Origin: an uncultured archaeon
GTDB taxonomy: Archaea > Asgardarchaeota > Lokiarchaeia > Sigyniarchaeales > SOKP01
Length of the DNA stretch: 19,872 nt
Assembly: GCA_964388035.1 (NCBI GenBank)
Contig: CAYLZE010000096.1
Location: forward strand, 1 to 19,872
Direction of reading: 5' to 3'
Shown piece by piece: positions 17,458 through 19,872 of the stretch (the stretch's first letter is position 1; each line of letters opens with the position of its first letter). The position numbers and the translations under genes are program-made. The notes beneath the pieces were generated by a model that was given only the letters and a program-made list of their open reading frames with translations, ran no database searches and was not told the DNA's origin.

Positions 17458-17988
17458 TCAGCCATGAAGATCGGAGCTCTTAAATACCGTAAAAATGGTC
17501 GACTTTTTGATGGTATAATCAAGATTGTTTGATATTAAGTACCTTATTTTATTGAGTAATTCCCTTACCTTCGGTTTGATATTTTCTATCTCGAGTTCTA
17601 AATTGGGATCATATTTATGCAAAAAAATTACTAATTTAGGTTTTTCATCTCTTGCTTCGAGAATTTTTATGATTTCTTCAAGGTAATCTAAGGCAAGATT
17701 GTATCTCTCCGTATCTTGAATATCAATAAGGTAGAGAATTTTACCAACTCCCAAGAAATACTTTTCGGAATTTTTAATAACATCGTTTCTATAAACCTCT
17801 TGGCCTCCAAAATCCAGGATCATGTAGGGATTTCCTTGAACTGTTATTGTTTTCATTTGCTGCCCTATCGTGGGAATTAATTGATCGTGTAACGATAACA
17901 GATTCTTTCCAAGCAAGCTAAAAACTATAGAGGTTTTTCCGCTATTATCCAACCCCAGAACCAGAATTCTATTGTTATTCTCTGCCAT
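17458..17988 (-). CDS. Small Ras-superfamily GTPase, Arf/Rag-like (Asgard type)
   Basis: G1 GLDNSGKT, G2 PTIG, G3 DFGGQ, G4 HKYD and G5-like STIF. Confidence 0.92.
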   Translation of the reverse strand: MAENNNRILVLGLDNSGKTSIVFSLLGKNLLSLHDQLIPTIGQQMKTITVQGNPYMILDFGGQEVYRNDVIKNSEKYFLGVGKILYLIDIQDTERYNLALDYLEEIIKILEARDEKPKLVIFLHKYDPNLELEIENIKPKVRELLNKIRYLISNNLDYTIKKSTIFTVFKSSDLHG

Positions 17989-18024
17989 TTCAAATCAAAA
18001 CTCTTGGATTTTCATATATAACTA

Positions 18025-18360
18025 TTATAATATAATATCTTCAAGCCCTCTCTTACTTGAATCCCAGAGTTGCTTTTTCTCAATATCGTCAATAAATGTT
18101 TTTACTATAGTTAATAGACGGAAAATTTCACTGTTCTTGATAAAATAAAAATTTACATTATCTTTCCTGTTAGAATCTACAAGATTGTTATCCCTTAACA
18201 CTTTAAGATGTTGAGAGATGGTTGATTGAGATTTGTCCAATTTTTCTTGAATTTCAGCCGACGTCTTTTCGTTCTCTTTTAATTCTTCTAAAATGTCTAA
18301 TCGAGTGTTGTCTGCCAAGATGTTTAAGAATGCAATCAATTTATCATTTTGAGAGCTCAT
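18025..18360 (-). CDS. ArsR/SmtB-family winged-helix regulator
   Basis: LADNTRLDILEEL...SQSTISQHLKVLRDNNLV. No cysteines; its stop lies 36 bp upstream of the GTPase start. Confidence 0.92.
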   Translation of the reverse strand: MSSQNDKLIAFLNILADNTRLDILEELKENEKTSAEIQEKLDKSQSTISQHLKVLRDNNLVDSNRKDNVNFYFIKNSEIFRLLTIVKTFIDDIEKKQLWDSSKRGLEDIIL

Positions 18361-18435
18361 GATGTTACCTAATTTATTATGCTTATTTGTTTAATATAAG
18401 ATTTTTCCTTGTAATCTATAAATTGATCCCATATA

Positions 18436-18498
18436 CGAAAGTTTAAATACGAGTTTATCGTTATATAATAATAAGGAAATATCGATGTATGCCGATAT
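18436..18498 (+). promoter_or_regulatory. BRE/TATA promoter for the lrp gene and downstream inverted repeat
   Basis: CGAAAG-TTTAAATA at 18436-18449; ATATCG-N8-CGATAT at 18479-18498. Confidence 0.5.
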
Positions 18499-18566
18499 GT
18501 CCATAGACCCATGTATTTTAAAAAAATGGCAGAAAAAGAATTATAATAATAATAAGGTGTAATTTT

Positions 18567-19070
18567 ATGGGAATGGAAGTATTAAATATTGATGATATTG
18601 ATAAGAAAATTATCCAGATTGTACAAAAGCATCCTAACTTGACACACACTGAAATTGCAAGTAGGGTGAATCGTTCTCAACCCACAGTAGGAATGAGAAT
18701 AAAGAAGCTTGAGGAAAGCGGAGTTTTGAAGTTCCAAGCGGGAATAAATATCAAATCCACGGACATGGTATTCGCACGGGTTGAGATAGAAACCAACCAT
18801 CCCGATAGAATTTTAAAGATAATTGAAGGATGCCCTTTCATGCTCAATGCCTTTAAATTGAACGGAACCATGAATGTTAGTGTAATTTTAGCAAGTTTTA
18901 GTCTTGAAAATTTAGATAAGATCGTGAATTTTCACTTTAGGAACAATCCGGATGTTATTACGTTAAAATTGGATATTATCGTAAACGTTTTAAGGGATTT
19001 CGTGTTACCATTCGACTTTCAATTTGATAAATGTCAGTGCGGGATGGCAAAGTGTTGCCTTGAAGAATAA
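18567..19070 (+). CDS. Lrp/AsnC-family transcriptional regulator with a Cys-rich tail
   Basis: IDDIDKKII...EIASRVNRSQPTVGMRIKKLEESGVL, a RAM-like C-domain and the tail KCQCGMAKCC. Confidence 0.92.
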   Translation: MGMEVLNIDDIDKKIIQIVQKHPNLTHTEIASRVNRSQPTVGMRIKKLEESGVLKFQAGINIKSTDMVFARVEIETNHPDRILKIIEGCPFMLNAFKLNGTMNVSVILASFSLENLDKIVNFHFRNNPDVITLKLDIIVNVLRDFVLPFDFQFDKCQCGMAKCCLEE

Positions 19071-19379
19071 GTAAACTTTTTTTGTAGTTCTCAGTAACAA
19101 TTTTATTTCTTTTCATTTTCTTTATTAAATAAATTTCAATAATTAAAATTCCCACCAATATACATCACCATTATTGCCTGCTCCTCTTCTTAATGCATAT
19201 AAACAATAAATATTAAAAAAGGATATTTCTTAAAGAATCTAAGAACAGAAAATAATCACTCTTTTTTTAATAATACTGTATTAGGTGGATAAAACTCCAA
19301 AAAGTATACACAAGGTATATACATTTAAATATTAGCTCCTCAAAATCGTGGGAAGGATGGGTTTTACACCAATTTTATG

Positions 19380-19399
19380 TTGATAAAATTTTTTATCAA
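19380..19399. promoter_or_regulatory. Perfect 9-2-9 inverted repeat, candidate operator
   Basis: TTGATAAAA-TT-TTTTATCAA, about 165 bp upstream of ATG 19563. Confidence 0.4.
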
Positions 19400-19562
19400 T
19401 ACAAAGATTATCGAATTTTTTGCTCCTTTAGAAATTTTTAAGTTTAAAGAAATATTTTTAGAGCCATTAGATTAATATTTTAGATTTAAATAAAGTAGAG
19501 ATTTTCCATACCATATTCTGGTAAGGATCGTTTCGTGCTATGATCCCAATCCTGTGTTTAAT

Positions 19563-19872
19563 ATGAGCGAAGAAAAACTAGCAATACATAAAAAAAAAGT
19601 AGAAGCAATCTCTGAAATGGTTAGAAATACGTATGATAACGCGAAGCCGGGAGAGTATTTCTCTCTAAGAAAGGCGAGCGTTTCCCACATGGCTCCACAA
19701 CCGGATCACCCGAAATATAGCGACAAGCCGATAGACGTAAAGTCACTAACAGAAATTATTGAGATAAATACGGATACAAGGACGTGTATTGCAGAAGCAG
19801 GGGTTACTTTTGTTAAGCTGGCAAGAGAAACCTTAAAGTATGGGCTCGTACCGCAATGTGTTTCCGAGCTCA
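19563..19872 (+). CDS. FAD-binding (PCMH/FAD_binding_4) oxidoreductase, Delta24-sterol reductase/Rv3719-like, partial
   Basis: Absent from the ORF track. Manual translation: MSEEKLAIHKKKVEAISEMVR...IDVKSLTEIIEINTDTRTCIAEAGVTFVKLARETLKYGLVPQCVSEL, open to the window end. Confidence 0.8.
   Translation, partial: MSEEKLAIHKKKVEAISEMVRNTYDNAKPGEYFSLRKASVSHMAPQPDHPKYSDKPIDVKSLTEIIEINTDTRTCIAEAGVTFVKLARETLKYGLVPQCVSEL

Noticed and set aside
11526-19158. ORFs 11526-11939, 13142-13372, 14457-14642, 15501-15716, 16292-16492, 18582-18800, 18677-18871 and 18976-19158
   Set aside because: They are shadow ORFs overlapping stronger genes.
1-19872. CRISPR arrays, tRNA/rRNA genes, integrases
   Set aside because: No regularly spaced repeats, GC-rich structured RNA segments or recombinase motifs were seen.

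Overview
This is an AT-rich archaeal chromosomal window with a Lokiarchaeia/Asgard-like gene set (inferred from roadblock proteins, an Arf/Rag-like small GTPase, a longin-like domain and archaeal TATA promoters). In order it holds: a P1B-2 heavy-metal ATPase running off the left edge; a roadblock-V4R-roadblock-like cluster; a vapBC toxin-antitoxin module between two diverged ~610-bp direct repeats with reciprocal pseudogenes; an EamA transporter; an HTH-CBS regulator divergent from the methanogen-type homocysteine synthesis pair (MA1821/MA1822-like); a saccharopine-dehydrogenase-like reductase; an orphan hdrCB pair; a stand-alone SMC-hinge protein; a MASE3-PAS histidine kinase followed by a response regulator whose output looks like a uDENN/longin domain; an ArsR plus small GTPase pair; a Cys-tailed Lrp; and a partial DHCR24/Rv3719-like flavoprotein at the right edge. 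The best novelty candidates are the REC-longin output near a small GTPase, the solo SMC hinge and the TA-bearing duplication. All calls come from manual motif reading; no searches were run.
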